Shown here piece after piece: positions 47,488 to 59,549 of a DNA stretch of 64,000 bases (its first letter is position 1; every line of letters begins with the position of its first letter). Both the position numbers and the translations under genes were made by a program. Source of the DNA: Chrysemys picta bellii (taxonomy: Eukaryota). The notes beneath the pieces were generated by a model, which saw only the letters and a program-made list of their open reading frames with translations, did no database searches and was not told the origin of the DNA. Location of the stretch: contig NC_088805.1 of the NCBI RefSeq assembly GCF_011386835.1, positions 23,250,001 to 23,314,000 of the forward strand, given 5' to 3'.

Positions 47488-49549
47488 CTCTAACATGACT
47501 TAAAATTTTTGTGTAGACAGGCACAATGATATTCAATGGAATTTTTCATAGTGCAGGAAATTCTATGCAGGACAACTAGAATTTTAAGACTCCAAGAATG
47601 CATGAAAGATCAAAATATTATAGATAACAAACAAGCTCCAATCCTATATTAAAATCCAACTATATCTTGACTAAACAAGTCATGAGTATTTTCAGTGTGA
47701 CCAAAACACTTTTTATGATGATCCCATTTGTTTGTGCAGGTTTCACCACTTACATTTTAAACTGTGCTTTCAGAAGCTTAAGTCCTGAGTGGTATTTCAC
47801 TGGTTTGTAGGAAATGAAAGAAAAACACATTAGCAATTCAGATAAACTCACACTGACGCTTGGACAGTTGGCTGCTTTTTCTGATTGGAATTAATATGTT
47901 GCCTTTTTGTCTTGCACTAACCAGAGAGACACCCCACCCTCTTCACAAAGCCACTGGGAACTTCTGTTAGCTCTAAGGCAGATGTGACCTTCCTCCCCCG
48001 TGTTCTTATTCACAGGGTAGAATGTTTGGCTTATTTCTCTATAGAGGATTTACAACTGCTAATTATTTTTCAGTTTGGCCGTTTTACTACTGGAAGATGC
48101 TTCAGAATTATATGTGCAAAGATATTCATAGCGGTGAAGAGTAAAGTTAAAATTTCTAGTTAACTAATTAAGCAAAAGTTCCTGTCTTGGTGGTTTTAGG
48201 CTTGATCTGAGCATGGGTCATAGAACCCTTTACACTTTTCTGTACATTTTTTGTATCAATGTTGAGATCCTTATTGATTGCTAAAAAAACTTCTTGATCT
48301 GTCATAAACATGTAAGGAAAAGAGCCCTCTATTGCTAACTAGGTGAGGTTAAAACTGTTTTTCAATGGAAAATTATTTTTTTTGATTAAATTGTAGTTTT
48401 TCATGAAAGGTTAAAACTCTCAAGGGGAGACCATGGTGATGTAGTCCAACCAAGGAGCCCAGCCTACAGAAGAAACTAGGAATATGAAGAATCCCAACTA
48501 CAGCTCCCATGAGATACTGTGGCAGCGTTCCTAATAGATATATTTTGGTTTGGGGACAAAATATTTAAGTATTCCAATTTTTCAGTGGAAATATGAATAT
48601 TCAGTGGGGGAGAAAAAAACATTTTTGGCCAGCTGTAGGGCTAACAGTGTGTCCCATTTCCACAGGCATTGCTATGTCGTCCTTGTTCTTTGACAGTTGA
48701 GAATATCACAGAGGGTATGAAAATCATTTCATTTTACTTTGGCCTGCAGTAGCATTTAAGGGAAAACGTGCAAAGAAGATGCTTCCTAATGAAGAGGCCT
48801 TTCCTCTTGTTGTTGTTTTTTATTTAATATTCGTATTGTGGTAGCACCTAAAGGCCTCAACCCAGTTGGATTTCATTGGGGTAGGTGCTGAAAATGAGTA
48901 TGATAAATGACCACTTACCTCAAAAATCTTACAGTCTAAAAGAGGAAATCTTTGCCAGTCCACAAAATGTGCAACACCTTAATTTCCTTATTGATCTTTT
49001 TTACCTAGTCTTTGTTCAGGTTTAACTCCCAGTGACTGCAGGGAGAGTTTTGCCCGATGGGTAAAAATTGAGGCCCGATTTAACAAAGTACAAAAGCACA
49101 AACCTAACTGTTAGCACTTGATCCCATTGATGTCAGTGGGACTAAAGCTACGCAGACGGTTAAGGACCCTGCTTGATAAGTGTCTGAGCCCTGGTCTACA
49201 CTACGGGGTTAGGTCGAATTTAGCCGCGTTATGTCGATTTTATAATGAATGCATCTATACAACCAACCCAGTTCCATCGACATAAAGGGCTTTTAAAATT
49301 GACTTCTGTACTCCTCCCCGCCGAGGGGAGTAGCGCTAAAATTGACCTTGCTGGGTCGAATTTGGGGTAGTGCAAATGCAATTTGATGTTATTGGCCTCT
49401 GGGAGCTATCCCAGAGTGCTCCAATGTGACCGCTCTGGACAGCACTTTCAACTCCAATGCACTAGCCAGGTACACAGGAAAAGCCCTGGGAAATTTTGAA
49501 TTTCATTTCCTGTTCGGTCAGTGTGGCGAGCTCAGCAGCACAGGTGACC

Positions 49550-49732
49550 ATGCAGTCCCCCCAGAACCGCAAACGAGCTTCAGCATGGACCGAAAGGGAA
49601 ACACTGGATCTGATTGCTGTATGGGGAGAAGAATCTGTGCAGGCAGAACTTGGATCAAAAAGAAGAAATGCTAATATATATGCCAAAATCGCACAGGGCA
49701 TGATGGACAGAGGCTACAACAGGGACACACAA
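49550..49732 (+). pseudogene. Harbinger Myb/SANT-like DNA-binding protein, truncated by internal deletion
   Basis: MQSPQNRKRASAWTERETLDLIAVWGEESVQAELGSKRRNANIYAKIAQGMMDRGYNRDTQ (trihelix W..W pattern), then a junction to unrelated downstream sequence. Confidence 0.85.
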
Positions 49733-50100
49733 GTTCCATACCCTCCTCACCCAGACTACCAAGAACGCGGGGGCAGGAGGCTCCAGGCACCCAGCCACTC
49801 CACTCCAGAGGATGGCCCAAGCAACAGAAGGCTGTCATTCAAACAGTTCTGATTTGTAGTGTGGCTACAATAAGCAATGTGGCCTTGTCCATCCCTTCTC
49901 CCACACCCCACCCCACCTGGGCTACCTTGTCAGTTATCTCACTTTTTTTTAATTAATAAAGAAAGAATGCCTGGTTTCAAAACAATAGTGACTTTATTTT
50001 CTTTGCCAGCTGTGACCGAAGAGGGGAGGGTGGTTGGCTTACAGAGAATTAAAATCAACAAAGGGGGCGGGTTTGCATCAAGGAGAAACACACACAACTC

Positions 50101-51369
50101 TCACATGGTAGCCTGGCCAGTCATGAAACTGGTTTTCAAAGCCTCTCTGATGTGCAGCGCGCCTAGCTGTGCTCTTCTAATCACCCTGGTGTCTGGCTGC
50201 TCAAAATTGGCCGCCAGGCGATTTGCCTCAACCTCTCACCCTGCCATAAACGTCTCCCCCTTACTCTCACAGATATTATGGAGCACACAGCAAGCAGCAA
50301 TAACAATGGGAATATTGGTTGCGCTGAGGTCTAACCTAGTCAGCAAACAGCGCCAGTGAGCTTTTAAACATCCAAAGGCACATTCTACCACCATTCTACA
50401 CTTGCTCAGCCTGTAGTTGAACTGCTCCTTACTACTGTCCAGGCTGCCTGTGATTGGCTTCATGAGCCATGGGAGCAAAGGGTAGGCTGGGTCTCCAAGG
50501 ATAACTATTGGCATTTCAACATCCCCCACGGTACTTTTCTGGTCTGGGAAGTAAGTCCCTTCTTGCAGCTGTTCAAACAGCCCGGAATTCCTAAAGATGC
50601 GAGCGTCATGCACCTTTCCCGGGCCGGCCATCCCACGTTGATGTTGGTGAAACATCCCTTGTGATCCACCAGTTCTTGCAGCACCATTGAGAAGTGCCCC
50701 TTGTGGCTCACGTACTGGTTGGCAAGGTGGTCGGGTGCCACAATAGGGATATGCGTTCCGTCTGTCGCCCCACCACAGTTAGGGAACCCCATTGCAGCAA
50801 AACCATCTACTATGACCTCCACATTTCCCAGGGTCACTACCCTTGATAGCAGAAGGTCAGTGATTGCATTGGTTACTTGAATCACAGCAGTCCCCACAGT
50901 AGATTTGCCCACTCCAAATTGATTCCCGACTAACCAGTAGCAGTCAGGCATTACAAGCTTCCACAGGGCTATCGCCACTCACTTCTCAACTGTCAGGGTA
51001 GCTCTCATCTTGGTATTCCTATGCTTCAGGGCGGGGGAAAGCAACTCACAGAGTTCCAGGAAAGTGGCCTTACGAATGCGAAAGTTTCGCAGCCACTGGG
51101 AATCATCCCATACCTGCAACACTATGCGGTCCACCAATCTGTGCTTGTTTGCCAGCCCAGAATCGGCGTTCCACTGTATCAACCAGCCCCACTGCCACCA
51201 TGATGTCCCAATTGCCACATCCCGTGCTTTCAGGAGCGTCTGTGTCCATGTCCTCCTCACAATCGTCCTCGTGCTGCCGTCTCTTAGCCAGGTTCTGCAC
51301 ATACTACAGTATAATGCGTGAGGTGTTTACAATGCTCACAACAGCAGCGGTGAACTGAGCGGGCTCCAT
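50101..51369 (-). pseudogene. Harbinger (HARBI1-like) DDE transposase pseudogene
   Basis: Split over ORFs 51103-51300, 50979-51302, 50505-50978 and 50236-50655. Motifs WLRNFRIRKATF, GATDGTHIP (D), VHDARIF, ILGDPAYPL (D) and VECAFG (E); several stops and frameshifts. Confidence 0.93.
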
Positions 51370-53399
51370 GCTTGCCGTGCTATGGCGTCTACACGGGTAA
51401 CCCAGTAAAAAGGCACGAAATGATTGTCTGCAGTTGCTTTCACAGAGGAAGGGGAGACTGACGACATGTACCCCAAACCACCCGTGACAATGTTTTTGCC
51501 CCATCAGGCATTGGGAGCTTAACCCAGAATTCCAATGGGCAGCGGAGACTGTGAAAACTGTGGGATAGCAGCCCACAGTGCACCGCTCCGTGAGTCGATG
51601 CTAGCCACGGTACTGAGGACGCACTCTGCCAACTTAATGCGCTTAGTGGGGACATACACAATCGACTGTATAAAATAGATTTCTAAAGATCGACTTCTAT
51701 AAAATCAACCTAATTTCATAGTGTAGACATACCCGGAGTTAAGGAGGAGAAGGATGGCATAGATGCAGGAAGAGGGAAGTAAGAGTACAGAGTGTGAAGA
51801 GAAATTTTTTTTAAAGGGGTCAAAAAGGTGTGTGTGGAGGGGTGGGGAGGAGAATGGAAACTCCTCTGTTCTTCTCTAGCCTCTCCTATTTTTCTGTTAT
51901 CCTATCATCCAATTCCCTTCTCTTCTCCTTCATCTTTCCCTCGCTTCCTCTGCCTTTCACTTCTCCCTCTTGCCTTCTAGTCTCCTCCATGTCTTGAAAA
52001 GTTTTCATTGATTCTTTCTTTTTGTTAAATCCTCTCCTTGCAACTGCCACTAGCCTACACATGCCTTCTCCTCTGCAATGCCAACCTCCCCAGTAGCACA
52101 TTATGTCCATGACTGACAGGAGACGCTGCCTGTGACAGCACCAATTGTACAGTGCAGTGGCCACCGGTGCAGTAAAAGATTAAAAAAAGGCAACCAGAAA
52201 GAGAGCTTGGAACCAGGATGCGCCCGTACAATGATGAAATTTGTTTCTTTAACAGAAGTAGAGTTGGCATGTATTGTACAAAGGGAGATCAGTATCGTGC
52301 ATTTATGGGTAATGCATGGTCTATTCCTGTTTATACAGTAAGGCTAACTGAGTTTCAATTGCTGCAGCTGCATAAAGCAGTTTTCTGGTCCCACTAAGGT
52401 CAGGGTAGAATATTGTTGCGTTCAGTATTAGTTTGCAAATTGCACTCTCATGGGTTTGACATAAAGTGATGAGGAATTGAATAAAATGTAAAATCATTCA
52501 GCGACATTAATTCTGCAAGTGTGGAACTGATGCAAAGGCTCCTTTTTTAAATTCTCTGTGTGACAGCAATGACTCAATACATCCATTAGAGTCCAGACTT
52601 TCAGCGGTCTGCAGATTAAAATCTCCAAGCAGTGGCTTTAGACAAGGAATTGAACAGAGCTGAAATGATAAAAACCCTGGGCATTTTGGGAGCAGTCCTG
52701 AATTGGGGCTCTTGTCACAACTGGTTCTGATCAAAGAGATGACTAGTTTTAACTCTCTTCCTACAGCAACCAGGGAAGATTGCAAGGTTTAAAAGTTTTC
52801 CCATCAGCCGCTTGCTGTTTTCTCTCTCTTCCAGTTGTGCCCTCTGAGACAGGGTTGCTCGAGCGGCTGTGTAACTGTGTCTGTAACTGTGACATTTCTT
52901 CCTTCCGCTCAAGCCTTCGGGTCTCATCCCTGCATTGAAATAGATTCAACCTTCACCATTCACCCCTACATACCTGCATTAAAGACCACTAAATGGCCTT
53001 CAGTGGCTGAGGAGTAAAATCACTGTCAGCTTCAATATCCCTCAAAATGTTGCAGTGCTAGGGAACTTCACTGTACATCCTGAGGTTTTTGGGCTTCTTT
53101 ATAAAAGCAAGTGGTCCATAGAATCTTTACCGCACTGTTTCCAATGCAGTAGCTGATTTTATCACAAGGTTTACAGGATCTAATCCTCTGAGCCCCTGAT
53201 CAGTTCCCCGCTTTAAATCTCTCCTGTACAGCCTCCATTTACCCTTTTGGTTGTGATTCATTTGCTCTCTAATGGATTTTGTAACACGGTGTACAAAAGA
53301 TACATTATATAAATAAACAGCCCTGTAATTGTGATATATCAGACACTCTAATGCAGGTGATCCAGGGATATCACCGATAAAACATTGTAGTTCTCTACT

Positions 53400-53620
53400 G
53401 CCTTTTACCCAAAGATCCCAGAATGCTTTGCCAACATCAAGCCAGCCTTGTAATACCCTGAGGAAGTAAAGCTGTAAGCACTATTGTCCCCATTTTACAG
53501 ATGGAGGAAACTGAATATCAGAGAGTTTAAGATGTTTGCCCAGGGTGTCACAGTGAGACGGGGCAGAGCCAGAAATAGCCTCCAGATTCCTCCATTCTCC
53601 CCTTTTTAAAGGACAGAAGC
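53400..53620 (-). mobile_element. MIR-type SINE remnant
   Basis: cccattttacagatggaggaaactga...tttgcccagggtgtcacag. Confidence 0.6.
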
Positions 53621-53719
53621 TGTTTCGAAGGAAGGAGCTACAATAGTCTCACATCTCAGTGGGCAACTGCCTCTAGGTTATTCCTTTTGCATGTTGCTTT
53701 TAACAAGGGGGAAATATAA

Positions 53720-53915
53720 TCTGATGGTTGGAACACAGAGTTTTGGAGTCAGGCATTCCTGGATCTGCCACTAACCCACTCTATGACTTTAACCTCAACG
53801 CTTAACCTCTCTCTGCCTCCATTTCCCTATCTGTAAAGCACAGATAGTACTTAGCTACCAATTTGGCAGGTGCGAGGCCTAGAGAATGTATGTAAAGTGC
53901 ACTAAGATCCCGGGA
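53720..53915 (+). mobile_element. MIR-type SINE remnant
   Basis: ggagtcaggcattcctgg...cttaacctctctctgcctccatttccctatctgtaaa. Confidence 0.55.
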
Positions 53916-54046
53916 TAATACATGCAAATAATTAATTTATTTCTAATTCCTATGTCCCATAAGTCCTCTCTTAGGAAGAGCAATAATCCAATGATTTATT
54001 AGTATAGATGCAATTATATTGCTGGTTTGTCACTCACCTGAATTAA

Positions 54047-54274
<228 letters not shown>

Positions 54275-57198
54275 TGAATGTTGTTTACAACTATGGCAGC
54301 AAAGGTACGTACATTCTGTGCAAAAGGGTAGGGAAGAGCTCCACTCCAGTGATGAGGTTTTTCTTAGGGCTTGAGTCCAATGTTCTTACCTTGTTGCTAG
54401 CTGATCAGAGAAAACCAATTACAATTTTCATTCAAGAGCACTAACAACTACAAAGTGAGATAATTTATTTTATTTCCCTGAAGTATTAAGAATATAATTA
54501 ATATTGATATTACAATACAAATTGAGTTAGTCAAATCAAACTGTTAACAGTAATACAATTTCAAATTGGATAACTACAAAACGTTCAACTTAAGACCAAC
54601 AATTGGTCAAGTTATTGCATGAATGCACCAGTAATCAAATCACAAAGCTAACATAACACAAATGATTAAATTACTTATTAAACTTGCAATCTCTATGGGG
54701 TTTATTTAGCAGCTTTAACTTTCCCTTGAGGAAAGAATAGGCTAAGATGCAATTTTTATGTATCCCAAGTGATTCTTAGAGATCTATGATAAGATTTGCT
54801 TTAAACATAGGTTAATCCATTCCTAATGGTACCTTATACTCTGCATATATACGCACTTGCTATTACTATTAATGGACACCCCCTACCCCCAAAAAGACTG
54901 GGATAGGTCTTTCCTGGTACACATCCCTGCATAGGTGTTCAAATGTCCTGTTAAGGAGACAAAAAGAATAAAGTTCCTTAGAAAAAGTATCTGCTCCTTA
55001 GCTTGCTGGTCTTGGATGCTTCATAGTCAGTCAGGAGCTGCCATTTGGGAAACCAGGCAATGGCTTGTGTACCATCACACAAGTAGGTGTTCTCCTTTTA
55101 AGGTGTGTTTTCTTAGTCACGAGTTTGTCTCCTTCCCAGATAAGTAAAATTAGAGACTAGCAGGAAGGGATTATTCTACTCAGATGATCTCAAACCCTTG
55201 TGTTTAGGTGAACAGCTAAGACTCTTGACTGTTGGGACCTGTTGTCTTCCAGGTCATAACCTATGACCCTTTGTCCTTTGAGTTACAAAATACAAATGTA
55301 ATTCTTTACCCATTCACACGTCTCAAGCTCACATTTCCTCAAGATGGGCCAGGCTTCATAAAATAAAATGAGAAGAATGTGCAGAACTGTCACCGCATCT
55401 GGGATGCTGGGTGAAAGGTTATTTCACTCTCTCTCAAGGCTGAAAGTCAAGCTGCTTCATTAACTTATTAAAAATATAACCAAGTAAAGTCTATCCTGTG
55501 TCTACATGAGTGTGTACCTAGATGTTCTACACGAGTATCTCAGTAAAACTGCTTCTGACTCCAAAGCTGGATCATTTATTGCTGAGTGTGTGCATAAAGG
55601 CTTCCACAGTTGCCTGCATAGGATCTAATCCTGCTCCCTTTGAATAGAGTTTTGCTGTTAACCTCAAGGAGAGCAGGGATTGAGTGGATGGTCATGGCAT
55701 CCCCAGTATTCTAACCTCACGCCTATCAGAGCACACAAGGGTGTCCTTGGGCACCAAATTCAGCAAGGTACTTATGGACCTGCCTACCTTTAAGCACACG
55801 TATACTCCCATGGTCACCATTTAAATCTAAGCCCATGCTTAAGCCTCTTCCTGAACTGGAAGCTTGTATTGCTTTCGAACGGTGGCTCTGATTTATGTGA
55901 GGGGCAACCAGTCACAATGTGTCACTTTCCAAAGAACTGTGAAGTACTTGGAGAATGAAAAACACTATGTAAAACCAAATATCTATTTTCCATCACCCTG
56001 CTCACAAGGATAACTCCATAATCACTATACAGAGAAGATGCTTCAAAAAACGTGTAGTTCTTTGACCTTGATCTCATCTAAGAAGACACTTGGATGCTCC
56101 AGAGTCACACTGGAAACAATGTAGTGTGTGGTTCCTCCCCCCTTAAATTACCTTACTGTCAGGGATGAAGTATAATCATCTAAGATTTGATTGCCCAGTG
56201 TCTGCTCCTAGATCATCAATTAGAAAATATTGACACGTGTTATTATTTAGCACTGAAAGAAAAAGAAAAATCAATCATGAAGTGTTTAAAAATAAAACGA
56301 ACTTGGATTGTTGCCTAGTGACAGCCAGTTAATTATGATGCCATTAGTGAAGGTTGAGGGTGTTGTTGTGCATGTCAGAACTACACATAGCTGATATAGG
56401 CTATTATTGTAATTTACCAACTTTAGAACAACTCAGATGTCATTCTGATGCTTTATTTCACCAAATAGTATTTCACTTCTCTCTCACACACACACATTTT
56501 TTTTTAAACGGCTGTAGTTTCCAATGCTGCAGTAGATATCATAGTTGAAACAGCTGCTTCCATCTGGGATTGTGGTCACCTATCACATTCTAGCCATGGT
56601 TTTTATAAACGCATTGCTTTGCAGGAATGTTTTCATATGCTAGTTCTCACTGTCAAGTATCAGGTGAGCTCTGCCAGTTTGTTGATAACTGAGGGAGGCT
56701 TGAGGGAAGTTGGATCCAGATCTGAACTTCCACAAAGTTCAGAGGTATTCAGAGCTGAAACCCTAGATCTGATCTATTTTATATAATCTGTATTATTGGG
56801 GGGTGGGTATGCACCATGTCTGGATGAAAGAATGTGTTGCCTTCCTAGCAGTGCCAGCAGAGGAAAACACTATTTCTGCCTATGTATGTCCATAACCCAA
56901 AACATAGCTGGGTAGAGTTGATCCTATTTTTTTGGTCAACCAAATCTTTAAAAAAAGAAACAACCATGTTCCTTGTAGTTGGTGCAAAACAACCAGTACT
57001 CTGTCGTCACTCGACAGATAAACGGGACAATGTGTTGTCAATAAGTCTAGAATTGCATATTCACTTCATTATGAGTCTACAAAGTTAGCGGCAAATGACA
57101 TTTTGCAAGGCAACAGGTGTTTAGGGTAAAGGGTGACAGAGGAAGCATAAAGCGACAAAGAGTCCTGTGGCACCTTATAGACTAACAGATGTATAGGA

Positions 57199-57238
57199 GC
57201 ATGAGCTTTCGTGGGTGAATACTCACTTCGTCAGATGC
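57199..57238 (-). ncRNA. Minimal type I hammerhead ribozyme motif of the Penelope-like element
   Basis: Minus strand GCAU-CUGACGA-A-GUGAGU(AUUC)ACCCAC-GAAA-GC-UC^-AUGC: intact core, 4-bp stem I, stem II with one mismatch, palindromic AGCU stem III. Confidence 0.8.
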
Positions 57239-57260
57239 ATGTAGTGGAAATTTCCAGAGG

Positions 57261-57807
57261 CAGGGCCGGCTCTAGGCACCAGACGAGAAAGCATATGCCT
57301 GGGGCGGCACATTGTAAGGGGCGGCATTGCAGCCAATCTTGGGGCGGCATATTCCGGCTGCCCTGCCGTGGTTTTTTTTTTTTTTTTCTTTGGCAGCCCG
57401 GTCCGCAGCTCTGGAGCCCCCATCTAGCTCCCCGCACTCCACCAGTCACAGCCCAGCCCTGCAGGGGCACGGACCCCGGCCTGGGGACGCAGGAACTAGC
57501 AATCCCCGGCGCTCACCGTGCCACCGGGCTCCCCGGGACGCACCACTCCCTGCCGCCTGCACCGGGCTCTGCCTCCCGCGCGGCTCTGAACCCGGCTGAG
57601 CCAGCAGGAGAGGCACCCCAAGGCTGGAGGGGGGAGCCCCTCTCACCCGGCTGCGAGCGGGCTGCAGCACCTGGCTGCCCATGGGTGGAGGGAATGTGCG
57701 GGCGCCGCCCTTCACTCCCCTGCGAGCCGCCTTTACCTCCCTCCATGCACTCCCTGCGGCTGCCATTTTTTTTGCTTGGGGCGCAAATAAGCTAGAGCCA
57801 GCCCCTG
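57261..57807. mobile_element. Non-autonomous hAT element, CAGGGCCGGCTC family, no TSD
   Basis: Ends CAGGGCCGGCTCTAG / CTAGAGCCAGCCCCTG; flanks tccagagg vs atagtctg do not match. Confidence 0.85.
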
Positions 57808-59104
57808 ATAGTCTGTTAGTCTATAAAGTGCCACAGGACTCTTTGTCGCTTTTTACAGATCCAGACTAACACGGCTACCCCTCTTGAGAGGAAGCATAGA
57901 TATATGGCAGCGGTCTCATGGTTACTGACAAAACTGAGGATAGAGTTAACCTTCTTTGTATTATCTGCAGTGTTTGTGAAGAATCCCAAGGGTATCACAA
58001 ATCTGCAAACCTTTGTAGTACCTCACTCTGCACTTAGTTAATGATGGTTCAGGTGCAAACCTTTCAATATGTGTAACTCTTTGTAGTCTGGCACTTCAGA
58101 TTTCCCTGTGACCTTGTCAGAGCCGGGTTGGGGGTTTTTGGGGGGGAGGGAGGGGCGCAGGGACGGAAATAACAATTTTTTTTTTAAATAAAAGCCATAT
58201 TAGCCAAAGTCTGCTGTTCAGGGAGAACAGCAATGAAAGCAAAACTGTTAAACTGCTCATATATTTCTGTGAGTTGGGACTAGCTCAGGTTAGCATTGTT
58301 GGGCTTTCATTATTTATGGAGCATGTAATTTCATGTTTGTAAATACCAAAATGCAGTGCAATTGAACCTGGTGATTAGAAGCTAATCTTCAAAAGAACAC
58401 TTTTACATCTTAAAATGTTATACTTTTTTTTAATAGACTATCACTTAATATCCTACAACCCTTTTCTATTCTGCAATTTCTTTTTTGATTACTGTCATGG
58501 ATTTGTGATTCCGTAACAGTCAATTTGCTGAACTGTATTTTTTAAGTTAGAAATCTCTAAGAGAAAAGATAATTACTTTCTGATTAATGCATCTGACTAT
58601 AGATTCTATCCTGGGTCATATCAACATTAAAATTTATTGGAAATTTCCTATCTCCATTAAAATGATTAGGACCGTTGCTACAACAACCTTACCTTTCCCC
58701 AATACTGGGTGCAGTTTTCTACAAGAAGCCAGCATTTTAACTTTTGGAACTCCGGCAGGACTATTCCACAACAAGCATAACAGGGCTCTAGGATACTGAT
58801 GAGAGAAGCTGTGCCATGCATATTATGGATGTGTGGGTACCATAAAAAACAGCCCCTTCTGACACTTTACTAACTAAGCCCTTTCTAATTTTAAAGTGTG
58901 ACAAAATCCATTTAGGTAAGTTATGCGTGAGAGCCAAGCATGCTCTTGCCAGTGGGATGAGAAGTAGCACGGCCGAAGACTTGTTTTATTCAGCGTGCGT
59001 TGCCCGAGCCTTACCTTGCATTGGAATATTAATTTGCACCCTCATTTGGAAGTTGGAATGTGTGGGGAACAATGCCCTTTTAATCGGCTTTTTAAAATGG
59101 GACG

Positions 59105-59549
59105 TTAGTGCTGCTGAAAGGTGCCGTGCAGACTGAAATCCTCTAGCCAGACAGGTGTGGCATAGGAGACGGCAGTGCCACTTCCCCATGCTGTCCCACC
59201 AATGTTCTTCTATCATCACAATCTGCAGGGAGCCTCTCTAAGAGCTGGGAGCGTAGTGCATTGTCCCTGACCATTCAGTCAATCTCTGCTGAGACTGCCA
59301 ATTAGTGCCAATTGCAATGTGGAGGCACGTTTATTAGGGACTGCAGTGAGACATTTTGGGACTGATCCAAAGTCCATTCAAGTTAATGAGAGTCTTTCCA
59401 TTTCTTTCAAGGGGCTTTGGAGATGGCGCTTTAAGGGAGGCTACCAAACAGCCTCCAGATTTTCGGTCACTATTGATCTGGGATGGATTTGAACCAGTGA
59501 CCCACAGGTGAAAAACTGCATCACCAATCCCCTGAGTAATCCTGTCCCC
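59105..59549 (-). mobile_element. Near full-length LF-SINE with a small MITE (~59355-59425) inserted
   Basis: Minus strand: tRNA-like head ggggac...ggtcactggttcaaatcc...tagtgaccgaaa; body ggcactaattggcagtctcagcagaga; 3' part acattggtgggacagcatggggaag...agaggatttcagtct...ggcacctttca..gcactaa. Confidence 0.8.

Larger units (their letters stand above)
49188..51734. mobile_element. Decayed autonomous-type Harbinger/PIF transposon with convergent Myb/SANT and transposase genes
   Basis: TIRs G(C)CCTGGTCTACACTA / TAGTGTAGACATACCC; both characteristic genes present. Confidence 0.92.
57150..57886. mobile_element. Penelope-like retroelement insertion with inverted arms, interrupted by a hAT MITE
   Basis: Arm aaagcgacaaagagtcctgtggcaccttatagactaacaga (57149-57189) is inverted at 57814-57854; 12-bp TSD AGAGGAAGCATA (57138-57149, 57887-57898); hammerhead motif. 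Confidence 0.85.
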
